Source: an uncultured Gemmatimonadales bacterium (GTDB lineage: Bacteria > Gemmatimonadota > Gemmatimonadetes > Gemmatimonadales > GWC2-71-9). Taken from it: a stretch of DNA of 64,000 nucleotides. Location of the stretch: assembly GCA_963728915.1 (NCBI GenBank), contig CAVSLV010000001.1, positions 160,001 through 224,000 of the forward strand, in the 5' to 3' direction. Shown here piece after piece: positions 17,918 through 28,375 of this stretch. Numbering within the stretch: position 1 is the stretch's first letter; each line of letters opens with the position of its first letter. The translations under genes and the position numbers were made by a program. The notes under the pieces were generated by a model. The model was not told where the DNA came from. It worked only from the letters and a program-made list of their open reading frames with translations, and did not search any database.

Positions 17918-20900
17918 ATGCCGCGTTCATGCTTCTTTCGCGTTCCCCTCGCCGTGTCGTTGATCGCCCTCCCGCTGGCGACTCCGGTCCTGGCGCAGCA
18001 AACCGACCCGGGTGTTGGAGCCCTGGGACAGCTTCGATTTCGATTCATCGGCCCCCAGGGCAACCGCGTCTCCGCGGTCTCCGGGGTGCCGGGAGATCCC
18101 TATACCTGGTACGCCGGGGCGGCATCGGGGGGGATCTGGAAAACCACCGACGGTGGCACCACCTGGCAACCGATCTTCGATTCCCAGCCGGTTTCCTCGA
18201 TCGGCACCCTGACGGTGGCGCCTTCCGATCCCAACATCGTGTGGGCCGGAACCGGGGAGCCGCACATCCGAAGCCACATCTCGGTCGGCTGGGGCGTTTT
18301 CAAGTCAACCGACGCTGGAAAGACCTGGACCCGAGAGGGGCTGGAGCAGACCGGCAGGATCTCGCGAATCGTGATCCATCCGACCAATCCGAATCTGGTC
18401 TATGTCGCCTCGCAGGGCCACGGCTATGGCCCGCAGAAGGAGCGTGGCATCTACCGCTCCACCGACGGAGGAACCACCTGGCAGCAGGTGCTGTTCGTGG
18501 ACGAAAATACCGGCGCTTCGGACCTGATCATGGACCCGAACAATCCCCAGGTGCTGTTCGCCTCGATGTGGGAATGGGGTATCAAGACCTGGGGGCGGGA
18601 AAGCGGCGGTCCGGGCAGCGGGATCTTCCTCTCGACCGACGGCGGATCCACCTGGAAGAAGCTGGCCGGCAATGGGCTGCCCAGCAAGCCGGTCGGCAAG
18701 ATCGCCGTGGCCATCCCCAAGGCGAACTCGAAGCGGGTGTATGCCCTCATTGAAACCGGCGATGGCGCTCCCTGGAAGGGGCAGCCCACCGACCGGGGCA
18801 AGCTCTGGCGCTCCGAGGATGGCGGAGCCACCTGGGCTGTGGTGAGCTACGACCGTCAGCTCGGAGGACGAACGGCCTACTACAACGAGGTCTTTGCGTC
18901 ACCCGATAACCCGGACGAGGTGTACTTCCCGACCGCCTCCTTTTCCAAATCGCTCGATGGAGGGAAGACCCTGGTCGACCTGGGATTCGGGGGATCTCCC
19001 GGCGGCGACAATCACGAGATGTGGATCGACCCGACCAACGGGAACCGGATGGGGGTGGCGAACGACAACTCCATCGCCATCTCGGTCAACCGGGGACGAA
19101 GCTGGAACCGGATCCAGCTTCCGATCGCGCAGATGTATCACGTCACGGTGGACAAGCGGATTCCCTACACGGTCTGCGGCAACCGCCAGGACGGACCGTC
19201 CGCGTGCGGACCCAGCAACAGCAAGCTGGGGGGGTTCGGTGGCGGAGGGGGCGCGGGCGGACCGATTCCCCGTAGTCTCTGGCATTCCGTGGGAGGCGGT
19301 GAGAGCGGGTGGGCGACCCCCGACCCGTCCGACTCGAACATCGTGTGGTCGAGCGCCTCCGGCTCGGGAAGCCGGGGCGGCATCGTCGAGCGGCATGATC
19401 TTCGGACCGGTCTCTCCCGCAACGTGGAGATCTGGCCGGTCAGCACGGGCGGTTGGACCGCGGCGGACGTGAAGTACCGATTCGTCTGGACCTTCCCTTT
19501 CACGTTCTCTCCCCATGATCCCAGGCGGATCTACGCGGGCAGCCAGCACGTCCACGTCACCACCAACGGCGGGGACAGCTGGCAGGAGCTGAGTCCTGAC
19601 CTCACCCGGAATGACAAGAGCCGCATGGGGATTTCCGGGGGACTTACCCCCGACAACATCGGGGTGGAATATGCCGGGGTGATCTTCGCCATCGCCGAGT
19701 CCCCGGTGACCGCCGGCGTCCTCTGGGTGGGCACCAACGACGGCCTGGTCCAGCTTTCCCGTGATGCGGGGAAGACCTGGACCAACCTGACGAAGAACAT
19801 GACCGGGCTCCCCGAGTGGGGCACCATCAGCAACATCGAGCCTTCGCGATACGACGCGGCCACCGCCTATCTCACGGTGGACGGGCACCAGGTCGACAAC
19901 CGGGATCCCTGGATCTACAAGACCACCGACTTCGGACAGACCTGGAAGCTGATCGTGAACGGGATCCCCAGGAGTCCCCTAAGCTACGCCCACTGGATCA
20001 AGGAGGATCCGGTGCGCCGCGGGCTGCTCTATGCCGGGACCGAGAACGCCCTCTACGTCTCATTCAATGACGGCGAGGCGTGGCAACAGCTCCAGAACGG
20101 ACTGCCGCCGGCGCCGGTGTATGGGGTCACGGTGCAGGAGCACTTCAACGATCTGGTGGTGGCGACCTACGGCCGGGGCTTCTTCATCCTGGACGACATC
20201 ACCCCACTGCAACAGCTCACTCCCGAGGTGGAGGCGGAGGATGCCCACCTGTTCAAACCCCGGGCAGCCTACCGGTTCCTCCAGGTCGCCGGATTCGACT
20301 CGCCGAGCGGAGACCCCGTGGTCGGGCAGAATCCTCCTTACGGGGCCACGATCAACTACTGGCTCAAGCGCGCGTCCAGCTCCGATCCGGCGATCACGAT
20401 CCTCGACGCGACCGGGAAAGTGGTGCGCTCCCTGCGAGGCACCCGGAATACCGGGATCAACCGGGTTCGCTGGGATCTCCGCTACGAGCCGATTCCCGAG
20501 GCTCGGATCCAGGTGCCGCCGCTCTACGCTCCGGAGATCGTCATTCCGGAAAACGGTCTCGCGGCGCCAAGCGTGGGCAGCTTCACGATCCTGGTCCCGC
20601 CGGGGACCTACACCGTGAAGCTGTCGGTCGGAGGAAAGGAGTTCACCCAGCCGCTCGAGGTGCGCAAGGATCCCAATTCGGGAGGGAGCATCGAGGGGAT
20701 CCGGGCCCAGACCGCGCTGCTCCAGGACATTCAGGGCAGCCTTGCCGGCGCGAGCGGCATGATCGACACCCTCGAGTTGCGGCGCAAGAATCTGGCGCAG
20801 GTACGCGGGTCGTTGAGCTCGGCGTCCAACAAGGATCTCCTCAGTGCTGCGGATTCCCTGGAGCAGCGGCTCATCGCGGTGGAAGGAACCCTGAACCAGC

Positions 20901-21136
20901 TCATGGTCACCGGCCGGGGCCAGGACGGAGTGCGCTATCCGGTGCGGCTGGCGGGGCAGCTGGTGTACCTGGCGAGCACGGTGGACGGGACCGATGAGGC
21001 GCCGACCACCCAGGCCCGGACGGCGTTCCAGTATCTCGACCAGCAGATCGCGGCGGTGCGGCGGGAGTACCTGCGGGTTATGCAGGCGGCGGAGGCGTAT
21101 CAGGCCCGCTTGCGGGCGCGGAATATTGTCAGCTAG
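17918..21136 (+). CDS. Secreted VPS10/BNR-repeat beta-propeller protein (glycosyl hydrolase/sialidase-like)
   Basis: Signal peptide; RFIGP.GNRV; many S/T.D.G.TW Asp-box repeats; C-terminal FlgD-like/coiled region. Start ATG 17918 chosen over upstream TTG. Confidence 0.88.
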   Translation: MPRSCFFRVPLAVSLIALPLATPVLAQQTDPGVGALGQLRFRFIGPQGNRVSAVSGVPGDPYTWYAGAASGGIWKTTDGGTTWQPIFDSQPVSSIGTLTVAPSDPNIVWAGTGEPHIRSHISVGWGVFKSTDAGKTWTREGLEQTGRISRIVIHPTNPNLVYVASQGHGYGPQKERGIYRSTDGGTTWQQVLFVDENTGASDLIMDPNNPQVLFASMWEWGIKTWGRESGGPGSGIFLSTDGGSTWKKLAGNGLPSKPVGKIAVAIPKANSKRVYALIETGDGAPWKGQPTDRGKLWRSEDGGATWAVVSYDRQLGGRTAYYNEVFASPDNPDEVYFPTASFSKSLDGGKTLVDLGFGGSPGGDNHEMWIDPTNGNRMGVANDNSIAISVNRGRSWNRIQLPIAQMYHVTVDKRIPYTVCGNRQDGPSACGPSNSKLGGFGGGGGAGGPIPRSLWHSVGGGESGWATPDPSDSNIVWSSASGSGSRGGIVERHDLRTGLSRNVEIWPVSTGGWTAADVKYRFVWTFPFTFSPHDPRRIYAGSQHVHVTTNGGDSWQELSPDLTRNDKSRMGISGGLTPDNIGVEYAGVIFAIAESPVTAGVLWVGTNDGLVQLSRDAGKTWTNLTKNMTGLPEWGTISNIEPSRYDAATAYLTVDGHQVDNRDPWIYKTTDFGQTWKLIVNGIPRSPLSYAHWIKEDPVRRGLLYAGTENALYVSFNDGEAWQQLQNGLPPAPVYGVTVQEHFNDLVVATYGRGFFILDDITPLQQLTPEVEAEDAHLFKPRAAYRFLQVAGFDSPSGDPVVGQNPPYGATINYWLKRASSSDPAITILDATGKVVRSLRGTRNTGINRVRWDLRYEPIPEARIQVPPLYAPEIVIPENGLAAPSVGSFTILVPPGTYTVKLSVGGKEFTQPLEVRKDPNSGGSIEGIRAQTALLQDIQGSLAGASGMIDTLELRRKNLAQVRGSLSSASNKDLLSAADSLEQRLIAVEGTLNQLMVTGRGQDGVRYPVRLAGQLVYLASTVDGTDEAPTTQARTAFQYLDQQIAAVRREYLRVMQAAEAYQARLRARNIVS

Positions 21137-21164
21137 GGGCTAGGGGCTAGCCCCTAACCCCTAG
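21133..21164. repeat. Palindromic 7-bp tandem repeat (CTAGGGG)2-CTAG-(CCCCTAA,CCCCTAG); possible bidirectional terminator/hairpin
   Basis: Sequence ctaggggctaggggctagcccctaacccctag between the convergent VPS10 gene stop and the tRNA-Ser 3' end. Confidence 0.8.
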
Positions 21165-21168
21165 AAAA

Positions 21169-21255
21169 CGGCGTGGGTGGGATTCGAACCCACGAAGGAG
21201 TTTCCCCCTTGGCGGTTTTCAAGACCGCTGCCTTCAACCGCTCGGCCACCACGCC
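21169..21255 (-). tRNA. tRNA-Ser (TGA)
   Basis: Reverse complement GGCGTGGTGGCCGAGCGGTTGAAGGCAGCGGTCTTGAAAACCGCCAAGGGGGAAACTCCTTCGTGGGTTCGAATCCCACCCACGCCG. Confidence 0.96.
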
Positions 21256-21296
21256 TGGGAGAAAAAACTAGTGGACTGTAATCATAGATTCTAAAG

Positions 21297-21312
21297 TGCT
21301 ATCTTCCTGGGC
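21297..21312 (+). promoter_or_regulatory. Extended -10 (TGnTATCTT) 7 nt before IS630 transposase ATG
   Basis: aaagTGcTATCTTcctgggcATG, at the inner edge of the left IR. Confidence 0.5.
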
Positions 21313-22369
21313 ATGCCTACCCCGACGACGGTCCAACTCCGGCCGGCGGAACGCGCCGAGCTGGAGCGGCGCGCCCGGTCCCAATCCGCGCGCGCCGACG
21401 AGGTGCGCCGCGCCCGCATGATGTTGATGCTGGCTGACGGGATGCCCTATACCGCCATCGAGACGGCGCTGGGCTGCAGCTCCGCCACCGTGGCGCTGTG
21501 GAAGCAGCGCTTCTCCGCCGGCGGCCTGGCCGGCTTGGGGGCGCGGCATCAGGGGACCCGCCCCACGGTGCTCACCCCGGCCCTGGAGGCTCGCATTCTC
21601 GGCGTGGACCCGGCGCTCGCCTCCCTCCGGCGCGACGCAGTGGTCGACCCGCACGCTCGGCCGGCGCCTCGGGGTGAGTCATACCCTCATTGCCAAGGCG
21701 TGGCAGCGGGCCGGGCTGAAGCCCCATCGGCTGGAGCGGTACGTCCGTTCCACCGATCCCGAGTTTGAAGCCAAAGCCGCGGACATCATCGGGCTTTATC
21801 TCGATCCTCCCGCCCATGCGGCGGTGTTCTGCGTCGATGAGAAGACGGCGATCCAGGCGCTCGATCGCCGCGATCCGGTGCTGCCGATGTCGCCGGGGCG
21901 AGCGGAGCGCCACGGATTCGAGTATGTGCGGCACGGCACCCTGTCGCTCTACGCCGCGTTGGAGACCCAAACCGGCGCAGTGCTCGGGAAGACGGCGGCG
22001 CGGCACACCAGCGCGGAATTCGTGGCGTTTCTCACCGAACTGGTCGCCTCGCAGCCCCGGCGCCGCGCGATTCATGTCATCGCCGATAATCTGTCGGCTC
22101 ACAAGACCCCGCAGGTCCAAGCCTTCCTCACGACTCATCCTCGGGTGACCCTGCATTTCACCCCGACTTACAGCTCCTGGCTCAACCAAGTCGAGCTGTG
22201 GTTCGCCAAGATCGAGCGGGAAGTTATCACCCGCGGCATTTTCACGTCCGTCACGGATTTAGCGCGTAAGCTGCGCCGCTTCATCCAGCAATACAATCGC
22301 ACCGCCACACCGTTCCGCTGGTCATATGCCGATCCGCGCCGGCGCATTAGGGCACTTTCGAACTCATGA
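21313..22369 (+). CDS. IS630 transposase, split by one extra base at ~21601
   Basis: HTH part 21313-21600; removing one G (CTC G GCG TGG) restores ILAWTRRSPPSGATQWSTRTL and joins the DDE part (VFCVDEKTAIQAL, YVRHGT, IADNLSAHK, TPTYSSWLNQVELWF). Confidence 0.9.
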
Positions 22370-22409
22370 CTACAGTCCACTAGTCAGGCCGATGTCCGCC
22401 TGTCCGCGC

Positions 22410-24776
22410 TTACCGCCCCCCGATCTCCTGATCCACCTTCTTGGCGATCGAGTCCGCCTTGTTGGCGAAGGCGGAATCGCCGTGCTGCCGCATCGCCTCG
22501 GCGGCGAGCCCGTACACGATCGAATAGAGCCGGAGAATCGAGGCGGACGGGGGGTCCACCCAGCCTCGGGGGCGGTCCCGGGTGGCGCTCTCCCAGTGGT
22601 AGCTCTGGAGCAGCGCCTTGGTCCGCGGAATATCGGTGAACCCGAGCGTGGTAAACTCGATGGGACCGCCCTCCGCTACCGGTTCGGTGTGGAGTTTCCG
22701 CACCAGCCCCTGGGACACGAGGTACTGGGTGAGGCCCAGGGTCTCGTCCGGGTAGTTGGCGTCGCTCCAGGAGAAGTAGATCGGCCGCTTGCCGAGGTTG
22801 TCGCGGATCAGGAAGATGACCGCGAGGTCCTTCTTCTCGACGTATTCGGTGCCGAACTTGATCTCGATGTTCCCCACCTTGAACGTGCTCCCCTTCTTGA
22901 CCGAGGAAACCTCGGGGAGGCTGTCGAGCTGGGGCAGGGTCAGGGCAAAGGGTGGCGTGGTCGGGCGGGTCCAGCCTCCGGAAGGGATGCCCAGGCGCAC
23001 CGCCGACGTGTCGCTGCGGGGCTTCCACAGGTCGATCGACCGGGCGGGGTTGAACTCCGGGGTGGGCCGCCGCTCGATCTGGCGGAGGTGCCAGTCGGTA
23101 TTGGCGAGCGACAGGTTGACCAGAGTGACGTCGGTCCGCACCCCTTCCACTTCCTGGGCGAACCAGAGCGGGAAGGTGTCGTTGTCTCCCGCGGTGATCA
23201 GGATGCCGTAGGGCTCGACCGACTGGAGCAGGTCGACCGCGAAGTCGAAGGCGACCGATTCGTGGGCCCGGCTCGCGGTGAGCCGGTTCCCGAACAGCGG
23301 CACCACCGCCAGCGCGAAGATGGGGATCGCGGCGAGCCGGGTCCGGAACTGGCGCACCGCCTCGACCGCCGCGGCGCCTAACCCGGCGGCGACCAGGGTG
23401 CCGAAGAACGCGAACGACCCGACGAAGAAGTAGTCCCGCTCGCGCACCTCCCGCATGGTGTTCGCGTCGATGTCGGCCCGGCCCGGATGCATCGAAAAGC
23501 CGTACTTGAAATTCAGATAGAAGACCAGCGCGATCGTCAGGGTGAAGAGCATCGCCGCCGCGGCGATGCCCGCCCGCCGGTCCCGCTTGAACAGGGTCCA
23601 GAGCCCGGACAGGCCGGTCACCGCGAAGAGCGCGGTGAAGAAGCCCCGCAGCGCATCGGGCCAGTCACGGGCAAATTGCCAGCTGAAGTACTGCCAGTAG
23701 TTGCCGAGCTGAGAGAGGAACAGCCCGAAGTCGCGGGGTTCCGTGTAGGGGTACCACGGCTTGACGAACATCGAGGGCTTCTGGTACTGCACCCGGTTGA
23801 GCACGTCCATCAGGGCCTGGCTGAAGAACCCGACCGGCTCCCCCTCATTGATCGGGGGGAACTGGCCCGCACGGATCGGCAGAAACACGTAGTTGAGCGA
23901 GACCCCGACCAGGACCGCGAGTATCCCGAGATAGAACAGCGGATTCTTCCAGTCCTTGAGGGCGCCCCACCCGAGCAATCCGAGCGTGATCACGATCACG
24001 AGGATCGAGCCGGTGGAGAGCCCGCCCGGTACCGATCCCGCCGGGCCGAACAGCCACGCCAGGGTTTCCTGCCAGACCCCGCTCACTCCCAGGAAGAGGA
24101 ACCAGCCCATGGTCATCGCCCAGGGCCGCGTGACGATCCGCCAGTCGGTCCAGAGGACGTAGACCGCGAGCGCCGGCGCGGCCAGCACCCCCATCATGTG
24201 ATTGGTCGAATTGAGCGCGATGACGTACGCAATCAGGACCAGCCAGCGGTCCCGGTGGGCGCCGGCCTTGTCGTCCCCCCAGTGCACCGCCAGCCAGGTC
24301 GCCAGCGCCATCCAGAAGAGCGAAACCGTGTACACCTTCTCATTCACGGTGGACTGGTTCCACACCGTCCAGGAGAAGGCCCCCACCAGCACGCCGGCGG
24401 CCGCAGCGCCCAGGCGAAGGGCGCGGTCCGGCACCAGGTTGCGGAGCCACCGTTCCGCCACCAGGAACCAGAACCCCGCGGCCAGCGCGCTGGTGACCGC
24501 GGCGAACAGGTTGATGCGCACCGCGTAGGACGCGGCGAGGGGAAGCAGGCCGAAGACGTGGGCGAGGACGACGAACAGCGGATTCCCCGGTGGGTGCGGG
24601 ATCCCCAGCGTCCTGGCCGCGGCAATGTATTCGGAGGTGTCCCAGAAGGCGGTGGTGGGCGCCAGGGTCAGGAGATACACCACGAACACCAGGACCGCGG
24701 TGAGCGCGGCAAACCCATAGGGAGGAGCGGTCCGCTCCGGCGCCATCGTCTGTGGTGGATTGGGAGTACTGGTCAC
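22410..24776 (-). CDS. DUF2723 / TMEM260-like GT-C membrane glycosyltransferase
   Basis: LTLAPTTAFWDTSEYIAAA..LGIPHPPGNPLF, EVRERDYFF, GDNDTFPLW..QEVEGVR.DV; many TM helices; ATG 24746 is an alternative start. Confidence 0.88.
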   Translation of the reverse strand: MTSTPNPPQTMAPERTAPPYGFAALTAVLVFVVYLLTLAPTTAFWDTSEYIAAARTLGIPHPPGNPLFVVLAHVFGLLPLAASYAVRINLFAAVTSALAAGFWFLVAERWLRNLVPDRALRLGAAAAGVLVGAFSWTVWNQSTVNEKVYTVSLFWMALATWLAVHWGDDKAGAHRDRWLVLIAYVIALNSTNHMMGVLAAPALAVYVLWTDWRIVTRPWAMTMGWFLFLGVSGVWQETLAWLFGPAGSVPGGLSTGSILVIVITLGLLGWGALKDWKNPLFYLGILAVLVGVSLNYVFLPIRAGQFPPINEGEPVGFFSQALMDVLNRVQYQKPSMFVKPWYPYTEPRDFGLFLSQLGNYWQYFSWQFARDWPDALRGFFTALFAVTGLSGLWTLFKRDRRAGIAAAAMLFTLTIALVFYLNFKYGFSMHPGRADIDANTMREVRERDYFFVGSFAFFGTLVAAGLGAAAVEAVRQFRTRLAAIPIFALAVVPLFGNRLTASRAHESVAFDFAVDLLQSVEPYGILITAGDNDTFPLWFAQEVEGVRTDVTLVNLSLANTDWHLRQIERRPTPEFNPARSIDLWKPRSDTSAVRLGIPSGGWTRPTTPPFALTLPQLDSLPEVSSVKKGSTFKVGNIEIKFGTEYVEKKDLAVIFLIRDNLGKRPIYFSWSDANYPDETLGLTQYLVSQGLVRKLHTEPVAEGGPIEFTTLGFTDIPRTKALLQSYHWESATRDRPRGWVDPPSASILRLYSIVYGLAAEAMRQHGDSAFANKADSIAKKVDQEIGGR

Positions 24777-24809
24777 CGGTCACCGCTCACTGGTTGCGGG
24801 TCGCTGGCT
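24768..24809. repeat. Degenerate 7-bp tandem repeat (~6 units, ACYGGTC-like)
   Basis: ACTGGTC ACCGGTC ACCGCTC ACTGGTT GCGGGTC GCTGGCT filling the purH-DUF2723 junction. Confidence 0.6.
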
Positions 24810-26337
24810 AGTGCCGGAACATCCGGCGGCCGGTCATCACCATGGCGATCCCCGATCGATTGGCCGCCGCGACGACCTCGGCGTCGCGCACCGAGCCGCC
24901 CGGCTGGATGATCGCACTGACCCCGGCCCGGGCGGCTTCTTCCACCCCATCGGGGAAGGGAAAAAATCCGTCGGAAGCGAGACTGGTCCCTTCGATACGG
25001 TGCTGCTGCTGGCGAGCCTTGTGGATGGCGAGGAAGACCGCATCTACCCGGCTCATCTGACCCGCTCCGATGCCGATCGACTGCTCATCCCGCACCAGGA
25101 TGATGGCGTTGGACTTGATTGAGGCGACCGCCGCCCAGGCGAACCGCAGGTCGTTCCATTCCTCCGGAGTCGGGGCGCGAGTCGTCGTCACCTTCCAGCC
25201 CTCCTCCGATGGATCGAAGGTAAATCGATCCTGGACCAGGAACCCGCCCCGGACGCTCTTCCAATCCAGGGACCCGGCCGGAACCCCGATCGGAAGCTCG
25301 ATGACCCGGAGGTTCTTCTTCTCGCGAAAGACCTCGACGGCGTCATCGGTGACGGAAGGCGCCACCACCACCTCGACGAACAGGTCCCGCAGAGACTCCG
25401 CCATCTCCCGATCGATGACGGTATTGCAGGCCACGACTCCACCGAACGCCGACACCGGGTCGGTCGCCCGGGCGCGGGTGAGCGCCTCGAGGGCGGTGCG
25501 TCCCACCGCGATGCCGCAGGGCGTGGTGTGTTTGATGATGGCGCAGGCGGGCCGATTCGACCAGGCGGCGACCGCCGCCGCCGCGGCGTCGATGTCGAGC
25601 AGATTGTTGAAGGAGATCTCCTTGCCATGGCGCTGCTTCATGTCCCGGATCCCGCGGGGCTCTTCGGTCGCATAGAGGGCCGCCCGCTGGGCCGGGTTCT
25701 CGCCGTACCGGAGCTCCTGCATGCGCTCGACCGACAGGTTGATGCGGGGTGGCAAACCCTCTTCCGGTACCGTCAGGTATCCGGCCACCGCCGTATCGTA
25801 CTCCGCGGTGTGCCCGAAGACCTTGGCGGCCAGCCCGCGGCGGCACTCCTCGGGGAGGTCTCCCTTTCGCAGCTCCACCAGCACCCAGTGATAATCGGTG
25901 GGATCGACGATCGGGATGACGTGTTCGTAGTTCTTGGCCGCTGCGCGAAGGATGCTGGGACCGCCGATATCGATATTCTCGATCGCATCCTCGAGGGTGG
26001 CCGAGGGCTCGGCGATGGTGGCGCGGAAGGGGTAGAGGTTCACCGCGACGAGCTGGAACCGGGCGATCTTGTGGGTCTCCAACTCCCGCATGTGGCCGGG
26101 AATGTCGGGCCGGGCGAGCAGGCCCGCGTGGATGGCCGGATGCAGGGTCTTCACCCTTCCATCCAGAATTTCCGGAAACCCCGTGACTTGCTCCACCGCC
26201 ATCACCTCGACCCCGGCCTTGCGGAGCGAAGCGGCGGTGCCTCCGGTCGAAACGAGCTCCCAGCCGAGTCCGGCCAGTCCCCTGGCGAACTCGACGATGC
26301 CGCGCTTGTCGCTGACGGAGATGAGGGCTCGGGGCAC
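24808..26337 (-). CDS. purH: Bifunctional AICAR transformylase/IMP cyclohydrolase
   Basis: [78 protein letters not shown]. Confidence 0.97.
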   Translation of the reverse strand: MPRALISVSDKRGIVEFARGLAGLGWELVSTGGTAASLRKAGVEVMAVEQVTGFPEILDGRVKTLHPAIHAGLLARPDIPGHMRELETHKIARFQLVAVNLYPFRATIAEPSATLEDAIENIDIGGPSILRAAAKNYEHVIPIVDPTDYHWVLVELRKGDLPEECRRGLAAKVFGHTAEYDTAVAGYLTVPEEGLPPRINLSVERMQELRYGENPAQRAALYATEEPRGIRDMKQRHGKEISFNNLLDIDAAAAAVAAWSNRPACAIIKHTTPCGIAVGRTALEALTRARATDPVSAFGGVVACNTVIDREMAESLRDLFVEVVVAPSVTDDAVEVFREKKNLRVIELPIGVPAGSLDWKSVRGGFLVQDRFTFDPSEEGWKVTTTRAPTPEEWNDLRFAWAAVASIKSNAIILVRDEQSIGIGAGQMSRVDAVFLAIHKARQQQHRIEGTSLASDGFFPFPDGVEEAARAGVSAIIQPGGSVRDAEVVAAANRSGIAMVMTGRRMFRH

Positions 26338-26367
26338 GTCGACCGGTGGTGGAGGTTCGGAATCCGG

Positions 26368-26988
26368 TTAGGAGGCCGCCCGAGTGGCGGTGTCTTCCTC
26401 GATCCCGTAGGGAACCGGCCGGCCGGCGCGGGCTGCGGTCAGCACCGCTCTAGGCAGGAGCCGGTGTTCGGCTTGCAACACCCGGGCGGCCAGGATTTCC
26501 GGCGTGTCGCCCGGCAACACCGGCACCGACGCCTGAGCGAGAATCTCTCCCCGGTCATACTCCTCGTCCACCAGGTGCACGGTGGCTCCGGTCGAGCGAT
26601 CCCCCGCGGCGAGCACCGATTCATGCACCCGGCGGCCATACATGCCGGGTCCTCCGTGGCGGGGAAGCAACGCCGGATGAATGTTGATCATGCGCCCCTT
26701 CCATTCCCGGACGATCGCAGGTGGGACCAGCTTGAGGTAACCGGCGAGCACGACCAGAGAGATGCCCACACGGGTGAGCGCCTCTCGCCATTCCGTCTCA
26801 TCCGCGGGGTCCACGAGCACATGGGTGGTGATTCCATGCGCCCTGGCGACCTCGAGGGCACCGGCCCGGCTGGAGCTGCTGAGAACCAGGGCGATCTTCG
26901 CTGGGGCATCCGGACGATCGAGGGCCTCGAGCAACGCGGCCAGGTTACTGCCCCGTCCAGAAACCGCGACCCCAACCCGCATAATCAT
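26368..26988 (-). CDS. purN: Phosphoribosylglycinamide formyltransferase
   Basis: VSGRGSNL, VLAGYLK, INIHPALLP..GG.G, GATVHLVDEEYDRG, EHRLLP; start ATG 26988 or 26982. Confidence 0.95.
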   Translation of the reverse strand: MIMRVGVAVSGRGSNLAALLEALDRPDAPAKIALVLSSSSRAGALEVARAHGITTHVLVDPADETEWREALTRVGISLVVLAGYLKLVPPAIVREWKGRMINIHPALLPRHGGPGMYGRRVHESVLAAGDRSTGATVHLVDEEYDRGEILAQASVPVLPGDTPEILAARVLQAEHRLLPRAVLTAARAGRPVPYGIEEDTATRAAS

Positions 26989-27007
26989 GCGGCCGAAGTA
27001 TAATGTG

Positions 27008-28375
27008 CTACTCCCGGGTGAGCGCCTCCACCACCGCGGTTGCAATGACCGGAAAAGCCGCCTCGGGAAGGGTTCGCGGGTCGAGAACGACCCGGCCGTC
27101 GTCGATCCGCGCGATCACGGGGGGATTCCCGAGCCGGAGCCGGAGCGCCAGGCCTGACGCTCCCTGCGAGGCCGGATCGATCGCGACCAGCGTGGTGGGA
27201 AGAATCGCCTCTGGAAACGCGCCTCCACCCACTGCCGACGAACCCGGGATCAGGGCCGGGCTCGAAGGAGCCCCAGCGGCGATCAACGCCCCGGCCAGGG
27301 CCGCCGCCCTGCGCTCGAGCTCATCTCTTTCCATCGTCAACATCCGAAGCACCGGGATCTCGGCCCGGGCCTGGTCGGGATTCCGGTAGAGGGCCAGAGT
27401 CGGCTCCAGCGCGGCCAGGGTCAGCTTGTCGGCGCGAACCGCGCGCGCAAGCGGGTTACGCTCTGCCGCCTCGACCAGCACCCGCCGGCCGGTCAGGCAT
27501 CCTGCCTGGGGGCCGCCCAGGAGCTTGTCCCCGCTGAATACCACGAGATCGGCCCCCGAGGCCACCGCGTCAGCCACCCGGGGCTCACCCCGGAGACCCC
27601 AGGGCGACAGATCGAGCAGGAGTCCGCTCCCGATGTCGTAGAGGTAGGGAATGCCGGCTTCCCGAGCCAGCCGGGCCAGCTCGACCGGGTCGGGCGTGGT
27701 CACGAAACCGGTCTGGCGAAAATTGGAGCGATGAACGGTGAGAATCGCCCCCGCGCCGGAGCCCAGCATGGCGCGATAGTCTTCCAGGCGGGTACGGTTG
27801 GTCGTGCCAACCTCCACCAGTTGGGCTCCGCTTCGTTCCAGCACCTCCGGGATCCGGAATGACCCGCCGATTTCGATCAGCTCGCCCCGGGAAATGAGGA
27901 CGTCCTTGCCCCGGGCCAGCGTGTTGAGCGCGAGCAGGAGCGCCCCCGCCGCGTTGTTGACCACCAAACCGGCTTCGGTGCCGGCCAGCTCGGCGAGCAG
28001 CGACCCGCAGTGGTCGGAACGGCTCCCCCGGCTTCCGGTGGCCAGGTCGAGCTCGAGGGTACTGTAGCCGGCGGCGACCGCCGCGACCCCCGCGAGCGCC
28101 GCGTCGGCCAGGGGGGCCCGGCCGAGGTTGGTGTGGAGCACCACGCCGGTGGCGTTCCAGACCGGCTGGAGGGAAGGAGAGAGGTGCTGCCTAACCCGCT
28201 CCGCGATCGCCGCGCCCCAGTCCTCCGGCGCCGCGCCTCCGGCGCGCACCCGTTCGAGCGTTTCCCGCGCCGCGCTGACCACCAGATTCCGGCTGCCCAG
28301 GGCGAGCAGCGCCTTGAGGGGCGCCTCCTCCAGGAGGCGCGCCACCGAGGGAAGCGCCCGGCGGGGGTCACTCAT
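27008..28375 (-). CDS. selA: L-seryl-tRNA(Sec) selenium transferase
   Basis: NATGVVLHTNLGRAPL, VVNNAAGA, SRGELIEIGGSFRIPEV, EVGTTNRT, VHRSNF, FSGDKLLGGPQAG. Confidence 0.95.
   Translation of the reverse strand: MSDPRRALPSVARLLEEAPLKALLALGSRNLVVSAARETLERVRAGGAAPEDWGAAIAERVRQHLSPSLQPVWNATGVVLHTNLGRAPLADAALAGVAAVAAGYSTLELDLATGSRGSRSDHCGSLLAELAGTEAGLVVNNAAGALLLALNTLARGKDVLISRGELIEIGGSFRIPEVLERSGAQLVEVGTTNRTRLEDYRAMLGSGAGAILTVHRSNFRQTGFVTTPDPVELARLAREAGIPYLYDIGSGLLLDLSPWGLRGEPRVADAVASGADLVVFSGDKLLGGPQAGCLTGRRVLVEAAERNPLARAVRADKLTLAALEPTLALYRNPDQARAEIPVLRMLTMERDELERRAAALAGALIAAGAPSSPALIPGSSAVGGGAFPEAILPTTLVAIDPASQGASGLALRLRLGNPPVIARIDDGRVVLDPRTLPEAAFPVIATAVVEALTRE

Larger units (their letters stand above)
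21271..22380 (+). mobile_element. IS630-family insertion sequence (1110 bp)
   Basis: Imperfect ~29-bp terminal inverted repeats GTGGACTGTA(A/G)TCAT...TTC.AAAGTGC; TA duplicated at 21269-21270 and 22381-22382 (empty site reconstructs to CTAG); DDE transposase inside. Confidence 0.95.

Noticed and set aside
21595..21610. Programmed ribosomal frameshift in the IS630 transposase
   Set aside because: Needs a +1 skip at CTC-G-GCG with no slippery A-run; a single-base insertion or error is simpler
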